Shown: positions 38,107-47,931 of the stretch, one piece after another
Layout of the letters: the number at the start of each line of letters is the position of its first letter
Position numbering within the stretch: the stretch's first letter is position 1
From: a bacterium
GTDB lineage: Bacteria > Zixibacteria > MSB-5A5 > GN15 > FEB-12
Direction of reading: 5' to 3'
Length of the DNA: 64,000 bases
Assembly (NCBI GenBank): GCA_020444475.1
Contig: JAHLKV010000004.1
Location: forward strand, 84,304-148,303
Made by a program: the position numbers and the translations under genes
The notes under the pieces: generated by a model
What the model was told of the DNA's origin: nothing
The model's database searches: none
Seen by the model: the letters and a program-made list of their open reading frames with translations, nothing else

Positions 38107-38868
38107 GTGGCAACAGTGACAGAAGAGCGCCTGATTGAGACATTGCCCGACGAGGCGGCCGTCAACGAAGAGGCCGATCGCTGGCTGGAGATGTTCTCGA
38201 TATTCATCCATGACATCGAATCTCCATTGGCCTCGGTGAAATATCTTCTGAAGATGCTCGAAGAGGGCAAGTATGACGTTTCGAACGATCGCCACCAGCA
38301 GATCGTCAAATCGAGCCGTATCGCGGTGGAGCGCGCCGAGTCGATCCTGTACGATATCATGGCAGTCGCGAAATCGGGCAAGGCGGGCATTCCGCTGGAC
38401 ATGACAATCATAGCGCCCGACAGCCTCATCCGCGAGTCGATCGATCTGGCCCGGGGTTCGGCCGAGGAACATCGTATCAATCTCACCTATACGAATAATG
38501 CGGAGAATATCACGGTCTGGGCGGATCCCAAACTCTTGAAGCGGGCTATCGACAACCTGATTTACAACGGTATTCGTCATACCCCCGCGGGTGGCACGGT
38601 GGCTGTGTATACGGAGCCGGCTGAGTCGAGTGTATTTATCCATGTGAAAGACACCGGACAGGGATTGGGCGATATTGAACCGGCCCAGCTGTTCGAGAAA
38701 TACGGTCAGTTGCATGCCCGGGCGCAGGGAAAGCATCGCGGTGTGGGACTGGGGCTTTATTTCTGCAAGTTGGCAGCGACCGGTATGGGCGGAACGGTTT
38801 TTGCGGATGACCATCCCAAGGGTGGCGCCGTCTTTTCGATCAAATTGCCGAAAGCCGAGGGAGTGTAG
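38107..38868 (+). CDS. Cytoplasmic sensor histidine kinase (HisKA + HATPase_c, no TM)
   Basis: The H-box is FIHDIESPLASVKY. The N box, G1 box (VKDTGQGL) and G2 box (GVGLGLYFCK) are all present. Confidence 0.75.
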   Translation: MATVTEERLIETLPDEAAVNEEADRWLEMFSIFIHDIESPLASVKYLLKMLEEGKYDVSNDRHQQIVKSSRIAVERAESILYDIMAVAKSGKAGIPLDMTIIAPDSLIRESIDLARGSAEEHRINLTYTNNAENITVWADPKLLKRAIDNLIYNGIRHTPAGGTVAVYTEPAESSVFIHVKDTGQGLGDIEPAQLFEKYGQLHARAQGKHRGVGLGLYFCKLAATGMGGTVFADDHPKGGAVFSIKLPKAEGV

Positions 38869-39816
38869 ATGAAACTGGATGCCGAGTCATATCTGAAGAC
38901 CGGGTCAAACGAGCTTCGCGTTCTGGAGTATCGGACCGCCGGGCAGTCGTTTGGGGTCAATATTCTCAAGGTCAGCAAGATCGTCAATGATCTCACCCAT
39001 TTGATCCAGGTCCCCGAGGCGCACAGCGCCGTCTGCGGTGTGTTTCGGGACATGAACCGGCTGGTACCGGTGATTGATCTGGCCCGTTATCTGGGACTGG
39101 AGAAGGATCCGAACGAGCGACAGAAGGTGATCGTAACGGAGTTTTTCGGTCTGCTGACCGGGTTTCTGATCGATCGGGTCGACTGGATCCATCACTTTCA
39201 GTGGCAGGATGTTATCGACGCCGAGAAAGTCTTTTCGAATATCGATCATCGCAATGTGATAGGAATCGTCAAGCCGACCGAAGATCGGATGGTTCTTCTG
39301 CTGGACTACGAGACGATTCTGCTTGATCTCTGTCCGCATCTGCGTTCCGGTCAGGAGCGCACCTACCTCCAGACCTCGGACTTCACCAACAAGCGGGTGT
39401 TGATCGCCGAAGATTCTCCGGCGGTGCGCGCCATGCTGGTCAATGAGATGAGCGAGCTGGGATTTGAGGTGGTGGACTGCGCCGACGGCACCGAAGCGTG
39501 GCAGGCGTTTGAGAAGAAGCCGTTTGATCTGGTGATTTCCGATGTCGAGATGCCTCAGATGGACGGTCTGGCGCTGACGCTCAAGATCCGTCAGTCACAG
39601 CGTTCTTCGACCCCGGTTATCGTGTACTCATCGATCGGCGATGTCGGGATGAAAGCACGGGCCAAGTTCCTCAAGGCGGACGCGCACATTACGAAGCTGA
39701 ATCTGGACAAGCTGATCGAGACGGCCGACAAGCTGATTCGCGGCGAGAAGGTCGCGCAGTCGGAGCTCGACGGTTCAGAGACTGATGCGGTGGTCGAGTC
39801 GATACCGATGGAATAA
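38869..39816 (+). CDS. CheW-like domain fused to response-regulator receiver (CheV-like)
   Basis: The N-terminal CheW fold is LRVLEYRTAGQSFGVNILKVSKIV. The C-terminal REC domain is KRVLIAEDSPAVRAML...DLVISDVEMPQMDGLALTLKIR. The start codon is adjacent to the stop of the upstream histidine kinase. Confidence 0.75.
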   Translation: MKLDAESYLKTGSNELRVLEYRTAGQSFGVNILKVSKIVNDLTHLIQVPEAHSAVCGVFRDMNRLVPVIDLARYLGLEKDPNERQKVIVTEFFGLLTGFLIDRVDWIHHFQWQDVIDAEKVFSNIDHRNVIGIVKPTEDRMVLLLDYETILLDLCPHLRSGQERTYLQTSDFTNKRVLIAEDSPAVRAMLVNEMSELGFEVVDCADGTEAWQAFEKKPFDLVISDVEMPQMDGLALTLKIRQSQRSSTPVIVYSSIGDVGMKARAKFLKADAHITKLNLDKLIETADKLIRGEKVAQSELDGSETDAVVESIPME

Positions 39817-39982
39817 CCCACAATCCTATATACGCATCCTCGGGTTGATCGCCCCCTGTCCGCTGACTTCCACGGTCGGTGCAGGGGGCATCTTTTTTGG
39901 ACCCGTCAAGGCGATGATTGCGCCGGTGGGTGCAATGTATTAATCTTCGTACGGAAAGCTTGAAAGAGGAAGTCCCGGTCGT

Positions 39983-40957
39983 ATGCCACGATTGTCCACA
40001 CGCGCGGCGTTTGTGCTGTTCATCATACTGGTCGTTGTAGCGGTCGCCCAGGCGGTCTGGTGGATCGTGTTTATGGCGATGCTGGTCGACGAGAAGGTCG
40101 ATATCGCGCGCGATCTGGGCGCGCCGGCCGATGTGGTCGAGGCCATCCACCGGCAGGAGGTTCAGCGACAGATAATGGTTGGTCTGGAAGGCTGTTTCTT
40201 CCTGGTGCTCTTGCTGGTGGGCGCCTGGCTGATCTACCGGGCGCTGGTGAAGGCCGAGCAGTTGAAGTTCCACCAGGAGAACTTCATCATGGCGGTCACG
40301 CATGAGTTGAAAACGCCGCTGGCTTCGATGCTGGTGTCGCTGGACTCCATTGCGTCGCCGCGAATTCCCGACGAGAAGAAGCAGGCGCTCGTTCCGCGCA
40401 TGAAGGACGATGTGCGCCGGCTGGAGCGGATAGTCAACAACGTGCTGGAGGCGGGGAGAATCGGCCGGGAACGAGCCGCGGCCGAGATGCAGCCGGTTGA
40501 TCTCAGCGCGCTGGTCGAGAAGGTGGTGGCGAGAATGGAGTCGTTTTCCACCCGGCTTCCGCTGACGGTTGACAAGAAGATTACCCCGGGCGTTCAGGTG
40601 ATGGCCAATCCGCAGTCGTTGTCACAGGCGCTCGAGGCGGTGTTGGAGAATTCTCTGAAATATCATGACGGGAGTTCGATTCACATCTCGGTAGGGTTGC
40701 GCACGGACTCCGACCGGGCGGTGATAGAAGTCTCCGATCGCGGAATCGGGCTGAACCGGGAGGACTGTGAGGCGGTATTTGATCGCTTCTACCGGGTCGG
40801 CAACGAACTGACCCGTCGCACCGAGGGGACCGGGCTCGGGTTGTACCTGGCGCGGGAGATAGTTCGGGGGCACCGAGGGTCGATTACGGCGCACTCCGAC
40901 GGGATCGGCAAGGGGACGACGTTTGTGATTTCGCTCAAGGCGGGAGCATCCATATGA
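39983..40957 (+). CDS. Membrane sensor histidine kinase
   Basis: Two transmembrane helices are followed by the H-box MAVTHELKTPLASM and a HATPase_c domain (DRGIGL...GTGLGLYLAREIV). Confidence 0.8.
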   Translation: MPRLSTRAAFVLFIILVVVAVAQAVWWIVFMAMLVDEKVDIARDLGAPADVVEAIHRQEVQRQIMVGLEGCFFLVLLLVGAWLIYRALVKAEQLKFHQENFIMAVTHELKTPLASMLVSLDSIASPRIPDEKKQALVPRMKDDVRRLERIVNNVLEAGRIGRERAAAEMQPVDLSALVEKVVARMESFSTRLPLTVDKKITPGVQVMANPQSLSQALEAVLENSLKYHDGSSIHISVGLRTDSDRAVIEVSDRGIGLNREDCEAVFDRFYRVGNELTRRTEGTGLGLYLAREIVRGHRGSITAHSDGIGKGTTFVISLKAGASI

Positions 40958-41646
40958 AGACCATTCTGCTGGTCGAAGATGATTCGAATCTGTCACAGGG
41001 CCTGATACTCAATCTCGAGGCCGAGGGATATCAGGTTGTTCATGTCGACAACGGCAATGAAGTGATGAGCGTCTTCCGTGACGGCATGTTCGATCTGGTG
41101 CTGCTCGATATCATGTTGCCGGGAGTCGACGGCCTGACGATTTGCCGCCAGATTCGTGCCGACGGGTCGACGGTGCCGGTGTTGTTTCTGACGGCCCGTG
41201 ATCAGAGCGACCAGAAGGTGGAAGGGCTGATCGCCGGCGGTGACGACTATATCACCAAGCCGTTTGATATGGCCGAGCTGCTGGCCCGGCTGCAGGGGAT
41301 ATTCCGGCGCCAGGCCTGGTTGATGGCGGGGGAGTCATCGGGCGAGGTGTTCGAGTTTGACGGTCGCTCACTCAACTACAAGACGTTTGAGGCACGCGGG
41401 CCGGGCGGGACGGTACGGCTGACGCACAAGGAGTGTATGGTTGCGAAATATCTCGTCGAGCGCGAAGGGGAGGTGGTCAGCCGCGATCAATTGCTCGATG
41501 CGGTCTGGGGCTATCATGCATATCCCACGAACCGCACGGTCGACAATTTCATCCTGAAGCTCCGCAAGATATTCGAAGAGGACCCTGCCAGCCCGAGTTA
41601 TTTCGAGACGATTCGCGGGGTTGGGTACCGATTCAAGCGGGTTTAG
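40954..41646 (+). CDS. OmpR-family response regulator (REC + winged-helix)
   Basis: The REC domain is KTILLVEDD...DLVLLDIMLPGVDG. The C-terminal trans_reg_C domain is LTHKECMVAKYLVEREGEVVSRDQLLDAVWG...RTVDNFILKLRKI. A 4-nt overlap with the upstream kinase gene marks a cognate pair. Confidence 0.88.
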   Translation: MKTILLVEDDSNLSQGLILNLEAEGYQVVHVDNGNEVMSVFRDGMFDLVLLDIMLPGVDGLTICRQIRADGSTVPVLFLTARDQSDQKVEGLIAGGDDYITKPFDMAELLARLQGIFRRQAWLMAGESSGEVFEFDGRSLNYKTFEARGPGGTVRLTHKECMVAKYLVEREGEVVSRDQLLDAVWGYHAYPTNRTVDNFILKLRKIFEEDPASPSYFETIRGVGYRFKRV

Positions 41647-41906
41647 ATCGCCGTACACGCAACATCGGCGGTCGTTCGTTCGTACGATTCTTACCGAAAA
41701 GTCCTGACAAAAACGATCGTCAGGGCTATCTTATTAGTGTGTGACCGTTCGATGTCACACAGAATGAGATGATTCCCGGCGGCAGCAGGGATGGTCTGCC
41801 GCCCTTAGTCGATAGACCATAATCATCTAGTTCGACCCCAGCCTCACCGCCGCCGGACAGCCGTACGCCTGCATCATCGATCACACATCCGAGGGTCGGG
41901 AGGAGT

Positions 41907-42266
41907 GTGATGAAGACTTTCATTCTCATGTCGAGTGTCAATCCCCACACCCCATCGCCGGTTGGTGTGGTGACGGCAATGCGCGACTGCGCGACAACTT
42001 CTCGCGGCTGGGTCGACCGTGCCCGGCAGCTGGTTCCCGAGGCCGAGTTCGTGGCTCACTTTGCCCTTCTCGGCAGCTATGATTTTATGGATATTTACCA
42101 TGCGCCGGACGAGGAAACGGCGGCCAAGGTGGCCTGGATCTGTTGCGCCGACGGAACGTTCAAAGTGGAGAGCTGGACGGCGATTCCCGAGGATCGCATG
42201 AAGGAGCTGGCGTCGCAGTTGGCGGACTCGATCGAACGGCAGGCTGGAGAGAAAGCAGCACCGTAG
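41907..42266 (+). CDS. GYD domain protein
   Basis: 119 aa with a GYD family profile (ALLGSYDFMDIY...AAKVAWICCADGTFKVESW). Confidence 0.55.
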   Translation: MMKTFILMSSVNPHTPSPVGVVTAMRDCATTSRGWVDRARQLVPEAEFVAHFALLGSYDFMDIYHAPDEETAAKVAWICCADGTFKVESWTAIPEDRMKELASQLADSIERQAGEKAAP

Positions 42267-42309
42267 AAGATGTACGTTTGCAGCCGGAGAGGACAGCGGA
42301 TAGACAACT

Positions 42310-42894
42310 ATGACGAGAATCATCGTGGGTCTGGGAAATGTCGGAGAGGAATATGAGGGTACCCGGCATAATGTCGGGTTCGAGGTGGTTAGCCGCGTCG
42401 CTGACGAGTTAAACGCAGGGAGGGTGAGGAATGAGTGGCTCTATCGGCTGGCGCAGGCCCGGAGCGGGTCGAACGAGGTAATCCTCGCCTGGCCGACGAC
42501 CTACATGAATCGCTCAGGAACAGCGGTGAAGGGGCTTCTGGAGCGGTTTGAGGCTTCACCGAAACAGCTTCTGGTGGTAACCGATGATTTCAATTTGCCG
42601 CTGGGGAAGATTCGGGTCCGGCCGGGGGGTTCCGACGGCGGCCAGAAGGGGCTTCGATCGATAGCGGAACTTCTTGGGACAGAGGCGTTTCCGAGGATTC
42701 GGGTGGGGATTGGGCCGCTTGGGGACGGGGATAATCCGGTTGATTTCGTGCTGGGGCGCTTTTCGGGGGTCGAATCGGAAACGATCGAGAAAACTATTGC
42801 CGTTGCGGCAAAAGCCGTTATATTTGCCGTTCATCACCCGATTGACGAGGTGATGTCACAATTTAATAACACAAACCCTGCTCTGCCGGAATGA
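42310..42894 (+). CDS. pth: Peptidyl-tRNA hydrolase
   Basis: The N-terminus is MTRIIVGLGNVGEEYEGTRHNVGFEV. The conserved D and H residues are present. Confidence 0.9.
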   Translation: MTRIIVGLGNVGEEYEGTRHNVGFEVVSRVADELNAGRVRNEWLYRLAQARSGSNEVILAWPTTYMNRSGTAVKGLLERFEASPKQLLVVTDDFNLPLGKIRVRPGGSDGGQKGLRSIAELLGTEAFPRIRVGIGPLGDGDNPVDFVLGRFSGVESETIEKTIAVAAKAVIFAVHHPIDEVMSQFNNTNPALPE

Positions 42895-42946
42895 TTCGCG
42901 GCAGGGCCGTTTGATTACGATCAACGACCGAAGGGAGGCCTTAGTG

Positions 42947-43516
42947 CACCGTATCTACGAGACGACGTTTATCGTCAACCCCCAGACAGACAATGCTTCT
43001 ATCGAGCAGAGCGTTCGCGCTGTTGGTGATTTGATCACCGGCAACGGCGGTAAGATCATCAAGCAGGACCACATGGGAACCCGCCGCCTGGCCTATGAGA
43101 TCGAAGGTCTCACGCAGGGCTACTATGCGACGTTCATTTTCGAGTCCGAGCCGAAGGTACTGCCGATCCTGGAGCGTCATTTCAAGCTCGAAGATCCGTA
43201 CATTCGCCATTTGCTGATCAAGTTCGACGGCGATCCGAGATGGCTCGAGGACGAGCCGCAGGAGGTCATCGAGAAGCCGGAGCCGGCGCCGATGCAGTCG
43301 ACGAGCGGCAGTGGCCGCCGTCCGGAAGGCAACGAGGCGCGGGAGAGCAAAGTCGAGACGGCGCGTCGGGAAACCCGCCCCGTGGCCGAGCAGGTAGAGA
43401 AGGACACCGCCGGCGATGCGGAAGTGGCGCCGAAGGTGACCAGCGAAGCCGCTCCGGAGAAGGCGGAAGTGGCGGACGAGAAGAAAGAGAAGCTGACCGA
43501 CGGCGACGAGCTGTAG
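42947..43516 (+). CDS. rpsF: 30S ribosomal protein S6 with long charged C-terminal extension
   Basis: The S6 core is VHRIYETTFIVNPQ...GTRRLAYEIEG, with a GTG start at 42947. A ~90-aa E/K/A-rich tail follows. The tracked ORF starts at 42911. Confidence 0.8.
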   Translation, partial: HRIYETTFIVNPQTDNASIEQSVRAVGDLITGNGGKIIKQDHMGTRRLAYEIEGLTQGYYATFIFESEPKVLPILERHFKLEDPYIRHLLIKFDGDPRWLEDEPQEVIEKPEPAPMQSTSGSGRRPEGNEARESKVETARRETRPVAEQVEKDTAGDAEVAPKVTSEAAPEKAEVADEKKEKLTDGDEL

Positions 43517-43569
43517 GTCGGGTCGGAATCATCCACCGAATAATCTGTAATTTTCGATAGGGTATTGAT

Positions 43570-43806
43570 ATGGCATTTTTTGGCGGCAAGAAGCGCAAGA
43601 AAGTATGCCGGTTCAAAGAGAACGGCATCAAGTTCATCGACTATAAAGACGAGCGTTTGCTTCGCCGGTTTATCACCGAGCGGGGCAAAATCGTCCCGCG
43701 CCGCATAACCGGGACCTGTGCCCCGATGCAGCGTAAGCTGACCACGGCCATCAAACGCGCCCGCCACCTGGCGATACTGCCGTTTGTGAGTGAGTCGTAC
43801 CGGTAA
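43570..43806 (+). CDS. rpsR: 30S ribosomal protein S18
   Basis: 78 aa with the canonical S18 sequence [63 protein letters not shown]. Confidence 0.92.
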   Translation: MAFFGGKKRKKVCRFKENGIKFIDYKDERLLRRFITERGKIVPRRITGTCAPMQRKLTTAIKRARHLAILPFVSESYR

Positions 43807-44809
43807 AGAGCCCCGGGCGACTGCCGATCGAACCGCTCTGCCGCTCGGTCTGGCGCTGCTGACAGCCGGTCTGCTGCCGTTCTGGACACTGGTCCGATTC
43901 GGCGGTGAAATTCTCGGCAACGGCGCGCCGATAGTAGTGAGTGCGGCGCTCGGTTACCTGATCGCCATGGTCGTGTATCGGTTCCAGGCCCGGCTGACCT
44001 ACGACGGTTGGTTCTGGCTGGTTCTGATCGGTGCGGTTGTCTCCGCGGCGCTTGGTCTGTTGCTCGCGCGCCACACCCGCACGTGGATTGTCCTCGTCGA
44101 GGTGGCAACGCTGACGCTGGCGCCGGTGACGGTCGGCTGGACGGTGCGCCGGGTGAACCGCTTTCGCAGTGCCTACGTTCTGGGGCTGCTGGTTTTGCTC
44201 GGTTGTGTGCTCGCCCGGTATTGGACGGAGTGGCCTGCGATGATTCGGGACTTGCGATATCTCACCGGGAACGCGATGGCGAACGGTGACGGCAGCGTGT
44301 TCGAGACGGCGGGTTTGCCGGCGCTTCCGCTCGGTCGCGCGTATGCGAACATGATGCATGAGATGGTGCTGTACCTGCCGGGTTTGCTGACGATGAGTGC
44401 CGTGGTACAGTTTTCTGTCGGGACGCTGTGGTTTTTCCACAGTACGGCGCGGCGGTCGGTGTCGACAGCCGTGACGTTGACGTTCACGAGATGGAAAATG
44501 CCGCGCCCGGTGGTGCTGGTGTTGCTCGCGGCGGTGTTCGTGCACCTGAGCAACGATACCGGAGCGAGGGTGGCGGCGGACAATGTCCTTTTTGGACTGG
44601 GAATATTTTATTCGGTGACCGGTCTTTCGGCGCTGGAGTATCTGTTTCAGGCGCGGCGGATACCGGTTTGGATTCGAATAGTTGTGTATATAGTCGTAGC
44701 GGTCACGCACTTATACGGACTGGCGGCGATGGCGCTGGTGGGCGTTGTCGATTCCCTGTTCGGGTGGCGTGTGAGCGCGCCGGCGAAAAGCAAAGAATCG
44801 GTTTCGTAA
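43790..44809 (+). CDS. Polytopic membrane protein between rpsR and rplI (DUF2232/YybS-like position)
   Basis: 339 aa with ~9 transmembrane helices. In Firmicutes a YybS-type membrane protein occupies this position upstream of rplI. The family assignment is by context only. Confidence 0.5.
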   Translation: MSRTGKEPRATADRTALPLGLALLTAGLLPFWTLVRFGGEILGNGAPIVVSAALGYLIAMVVYRFQARLTYDGWFWLVLIGAVVSAALGLLLARHTRTWIVLVEVATLTLAPVTVGWTVRRVNRFRSAYVLGLLVLLGCVLARYWTEWPAMIRDLRYLTGNAMANGDGSVFETAGLPALPLGRAYANMMHEMVLYLPGLLTMSAVVQFSVGTLWFFHSTARRSVSTAVTLTFTRWKMPRPVVLVLLAAVFVHLSNDTGARVAADNVLFGLGIFYSVTGLSALEYLFQARRIPVWIRIVVYIVVAVTHLYGLAAMALVGVVDSLFGWRVSAPAKSKESVS

Positions 44810-44839
44810 CAGAGTACGCTTACATATATTGAGGTCGTT

Positions 44840-45292
44840 ATGAAGGTCATACTTCGCGAAGACATTCCCCGCCTCGGCAAGGTTGGACAGACGGTCGAGG
44901 TGAAGAACGGCTACGGGAGAAATTTCCTGCTGCCGCGCAACCTGGCGGTTCCGGCCACCAAGGCGAACCTGCAGGCCATCTCCGAGATCGAGAAGCAGCA
45001 CGAGATCCGCGAGAAGAAGCGTCGCCGCGGCGCCGAGAAGGTCAAGGATCATATCGAGAAGCTGTCGGTATCGGTCGAGGTGCTGGTTGGCGAGGAAGAC
45101 AAACTGTTTGGCTCCGTCACCAACGCCGACATCACGAAACTGCTTGAAGAGCAGGGTGTATCGATCGACAAGCGCATGATTCAGCTTGAAGATCCGATCA
45201 AGGCGCTGGGCGTCTACACGGTCCCGATCAAGGTCGAGAAGGACGTGGTGGCGAATTTGAAGCTGTGGGTCGTCAAGAAGCAGCAGGCATAA
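44840..45292 (+). CDS. rplI: 50S ribosomal protein L9
   Basis: The sequence MKVILREDIPRLGKVGQTVEVKNGYGRNFLLPRNLAVPATKANL is canonical L9. Confidence 0.92.
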   Translation: MKVILREDIPRLGKVGQTVEVKNGYGRNFLLPRNLAVPATKANLQAISEIEKQHEIREKKRRRGAEKVKDHIEKLSVSVEVLVGEEDKLFGSVTNADITKLLEEQGVSIDKRMIQLEDPIKALGVYTVPIKVEKDVVANLKLWVVKKQQA

Positions 45293-45323
45293 GTGTAGTC
45301 GAATCTCAACCGCAAGGGCCCGT

Positions 45324-45824
45324 ATGAATATGCTGGAAGCGAAAATCGAGGGCCTGGCGCTTGATATGACCACCAACACACCGGTGGTCGTGCTCGCGCC
45401 GCTGAACATCGACAAGGTTCTTCCGATCTGGATCGGCCATGCCGAGGCGTGGGCGATTGCGATGGAGTTGTCGAATGTCGGGTCAAACCGTCCGATGACG
45501 CATGACCTGCTCAAGCGGGTTATCGACTCGCTCGGTGCGAAAGTCGACAAGGTGGAGATCACCGAGTTGAAGGAGCAGACGTTCTACGCGCTGATCCATA
45601 TCGACTCCGGCAACGGGGGGGAACAGGTGATCGACGCTCGTCCGTCGGACTCGCTGGCTCTGGCTCTCAAGACACAGGCCCGCATCTACGTCAACGAAGA
45701 GCTGTTTAATCAGCGTCCCGACGACCAGTCCGGTGAGACTCCGGAGATGCCGACCGACCCCGAGTCGCTCCGCGAGCGGCTGCGCAAGATCAACCCCGAA
45801 GATTTCGGCAAGTACTCTCTGTAG
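45324..45824 (+). CDS. Bifunctional nuclease family protein (DUF151/BFN domain)
   Basis: The BFN signature is VVLAPLNIDKVLPIWIGHAEAWAIAMEL...THDLL...QVIDARPSDSLALALK. Confidence 0.7.
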   Translation: MNMLEAKIEGLALDMTTNTPVVVLAPLNIDKVLPIWIGHAEAWAIAMELSNVGSNRPMTHDLLKRVIDSLGAKVDKVEITELKEQTFYALIHIDSGNGGEQVIDARPSDSLALALKTQARIYVNEELFNQRPDDQSGETPEMPTDPESLRERLRKINPEDFGKYSL

Positions 45825-45829
45825 GCGCG

Positions 45830-47623
45830 GTGAAACGACTTACGGAATTTCTTCTCGTCGCGGTTCTCACGTTAGCCGCTGTACCGGTCGCCGACACGAT
45901 CGACGATACCCCCGAGGCCGTCAGCGCGTACGCTCGCGGCAAGCGGCTGATGCGGGAAGGTGACTTCCTGCAGGCGTCGCGCGAATTCGAACGGTTGGCC
46001 GGGCTGTATCCGCAATCTCCGAATCTCGATCTCTTTCTTTTTCATCGTTCCAAAGCCGACTATCATTTTGGTGATCTCGCCAAGGCGCAGGCCGGTTTTT
46101 CGAATTTCACGGCTCGCTTTCCGAGCTCGCCGCTGGTCCCGTACGCGTTGTTTTTCCTGGCCAATGTCGACTACATGCGCGGGCAGGTCGATCGTGCGGT
46201 AGACGGCTACATAGACACGTACGCGGCGAGCGCCGACTCGCGGCTGGACGACCTGGTCACATCGTCGCTCTCGGCGGCTATTCTCAATGCCCGCAGCGTC
46301 ACGCTTTCACCGGGTGATTTCAGATCGGTGTCGGTCAACCGGCGGTGTGCGCTGATGCTGACGGTGGCGGACGCGCTCGCGTCGCGCGAAGACTTCACGT
46401 CGGCGCAACGTTTCCGTGCCGAATGCGGCGCCGGGACTCCCGGTATCGAGTCGGTCGCCGGTTCGTTCAATGAGACGTTTGATATCGCCATGGTGCTGCC
46501 GCTGTCGGGTGAGTTGGAGTCGTTCGGTGAAGATTTGTACAATGGTGCGGTGATTGCGGCCGATCAGTACAGGCAGGATACGGGCGGTAAGCTCACTCTC
46601 TCGCTGTATGACACGCAGGGTGATCCGATAACGGCGGCGCGCATCGTGCGCGAGCTGGCCGGCGGCAACACCGACCTGATTGTCGGGCCGCTTACCAGCG
46701 ATGAAGCCGCGGTGGCGTCGGCCTCACTCGCCTGCGACTACCTGCCGTTGATCGCCCCGGCCGCGACCGAGGCCGGTCTGACTCGGCTCTCCGAGACGGC
46801 TTTTCAGCTCTCTCCGAATGTCGAGTTGCAGGGCGTCAAGATGGCCGAGTATGCCGTCTATAACCAGGGCGCCGACTCGGCGGCCATCATCACCTCGACC
46901 AATCCGGATCAGCTCCGCATGGCCCGGGCCTTCTCCGATCGGTTCACGGAACTTGGGGGGACGCTGGTCGCGATCGAGTATTATCGTGCCCGCGAGAAAG
47001 ATTTCGGACCGTACGTCCGCGATATCAAGGGGATGCTGGTGGGTGTGCCGCCGGACTCAACGTATTACATCGATCCCTCGTCCGGGGACACGCTCGATCT
47101 CGACGTTATCCCGGCGCATATAGACTGTCTCTTCCTGCCCGGATCACCGAGCCAGCTTCGTCTGCTGTTGCCGCAGATCCTCTTCTACAACCTGAACGGG
47201 TCATTGCTCGGTTCCGACGGTTGGGGGGATGAGAGCGTGTACAAGCTCGATGAGCGGATCACCCGACGCGCCGTGTTTCCGTCGCCGTTTCTCGAAGGTG
47301 ATCGTGCCGAAGCGTTCGTGCGATTTGCGGCGGCGTATGACAGCCGCTACGGTGGCCGTCCGGGGCGTCTTTCGCGCCTGGGATTCGACGCCGTTACGCT
47401 GGCGACAAGGGCCCTTCGGGAGGGCGGTCGAACCCGCGAGCGGCTGGTGGAGACGCTGAGCGCGATCGGCGAGTTCCAGGGTGCGGCGGGGCCGGTGACC
47501 TTCGGCTCGTCGCGCGAGAACGTCGCTCTGCCGCTTTATCGCATTGCCAACGGGACGGCCGAGTATATCGGTCTGGCCGGTGAAGTCATTAACGCACAGC
47601 CCACCGAGCCCGTCAAGCCGTAG
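45830..47623 (+). CDS. TPR-like N-terminal domain plus type-I periplasmic binding domain (LivK/Peripla_BP_6; LpoA-like architecture), secreted
   Basis: A signal peptide is present. The N-terminal ~200 aa form helical TPR-like repeats. The C-terminal region matches an ABC-type branched-chain amino-acid-binding fold (FDIAMVLPLSGELESFGEDLYNGAVIAADQY...GGKLTLSLYDTQGDP). Confidence 0.6.
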   Translation: MKRLTEFLLVAVLTLAAVPVADTIDDTPEAVSAYARGKRLMREGDFLQASREFERLAGLYPQSPNLDLFLFHRSKADYHFGDLAKAQAGFSNFTARFPSSPLVPYALFFLANVDYMRGQVDRAVDGYIDTYAASADSRLDDLVTSSLSAAILNARSVTLSPGDFRSVSVNRRCALMLTVADALASREDFTSAQRFRAECGAGTPGIESVAGSFNETFDIAMVLPLSGELESFGEDLYNGAVIAADQYRQDTGGKLTLSLYDTQGDPITAARIVRELAGGNTDLIVGPLTSDEAAVASASLACDYLPLIAPAATEAGLTRLSETAFQLSPNVELQGVKMAEYAVYNQGADSAAIITSTNPDQLRMARAFSDRFTELGGTLVAIEYYRAREKDFGPYVRDIKGMLVGVPPDSTYYIDPSSGDTLDLDVIPAHIDCLFLPGSPSQLRLLLPQILFYNLNGSLLGSDGWGDESVYKLDERITRRAVFPSPFLEGDRAEAFVRFAAAYDSRYGGRPGRLSRLGFDAVTLATRALREGGRTRERLVETLSAIGEFQGAAGPVTFGSSRENVALPLYRIANGTAEYIGLAGEVINAQPTEPVKP

Positions 47624-47709
47624 CGCCGCGAGTGCGCCGTCCCGAGGTTTGCATGTCAGGCGTCCCATCCAGAGTATTTACAGTGCAGAGATAGAGAGGA
47701 AGACCGGTC

Positions 47710-47928
47710 ATGGAAAAAGGCAAAGTGGCGATCAAGATGGTGATCGACGGCCAGGAGCGCGATATCAGCTACGAGGAGCTGGCGCTGTCCAACAATCTCG
47801 CCCAGGAGGCGCTGGTTCGACTGCTGATCGAAAAGAAGCTGTTCGAGCCGAAAGAGCTGATAGACATGATGGAGCGCGTGAAGAAAGAGCGCTACCGTCA
47901 GCTCGATTCCGACTCGGCCGAAGGATAG
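47710..47928 (+). CDS. Small hypothetical protein (72 aa), first gene of a three-gene cassette
   Basis: The ATG has an AGAGGAAGA ribosome-binding site. The next ORF starts 4 nt after this stop. Confidence 0.4.
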   Translation: MEKGKVAIKMVIDGQERDISYEELALSNNLAQEALVRLLIEKKLFEPKELIDMMERVKKERYRQLDSDSAEG

Positions 47929-47931
47929 CCG

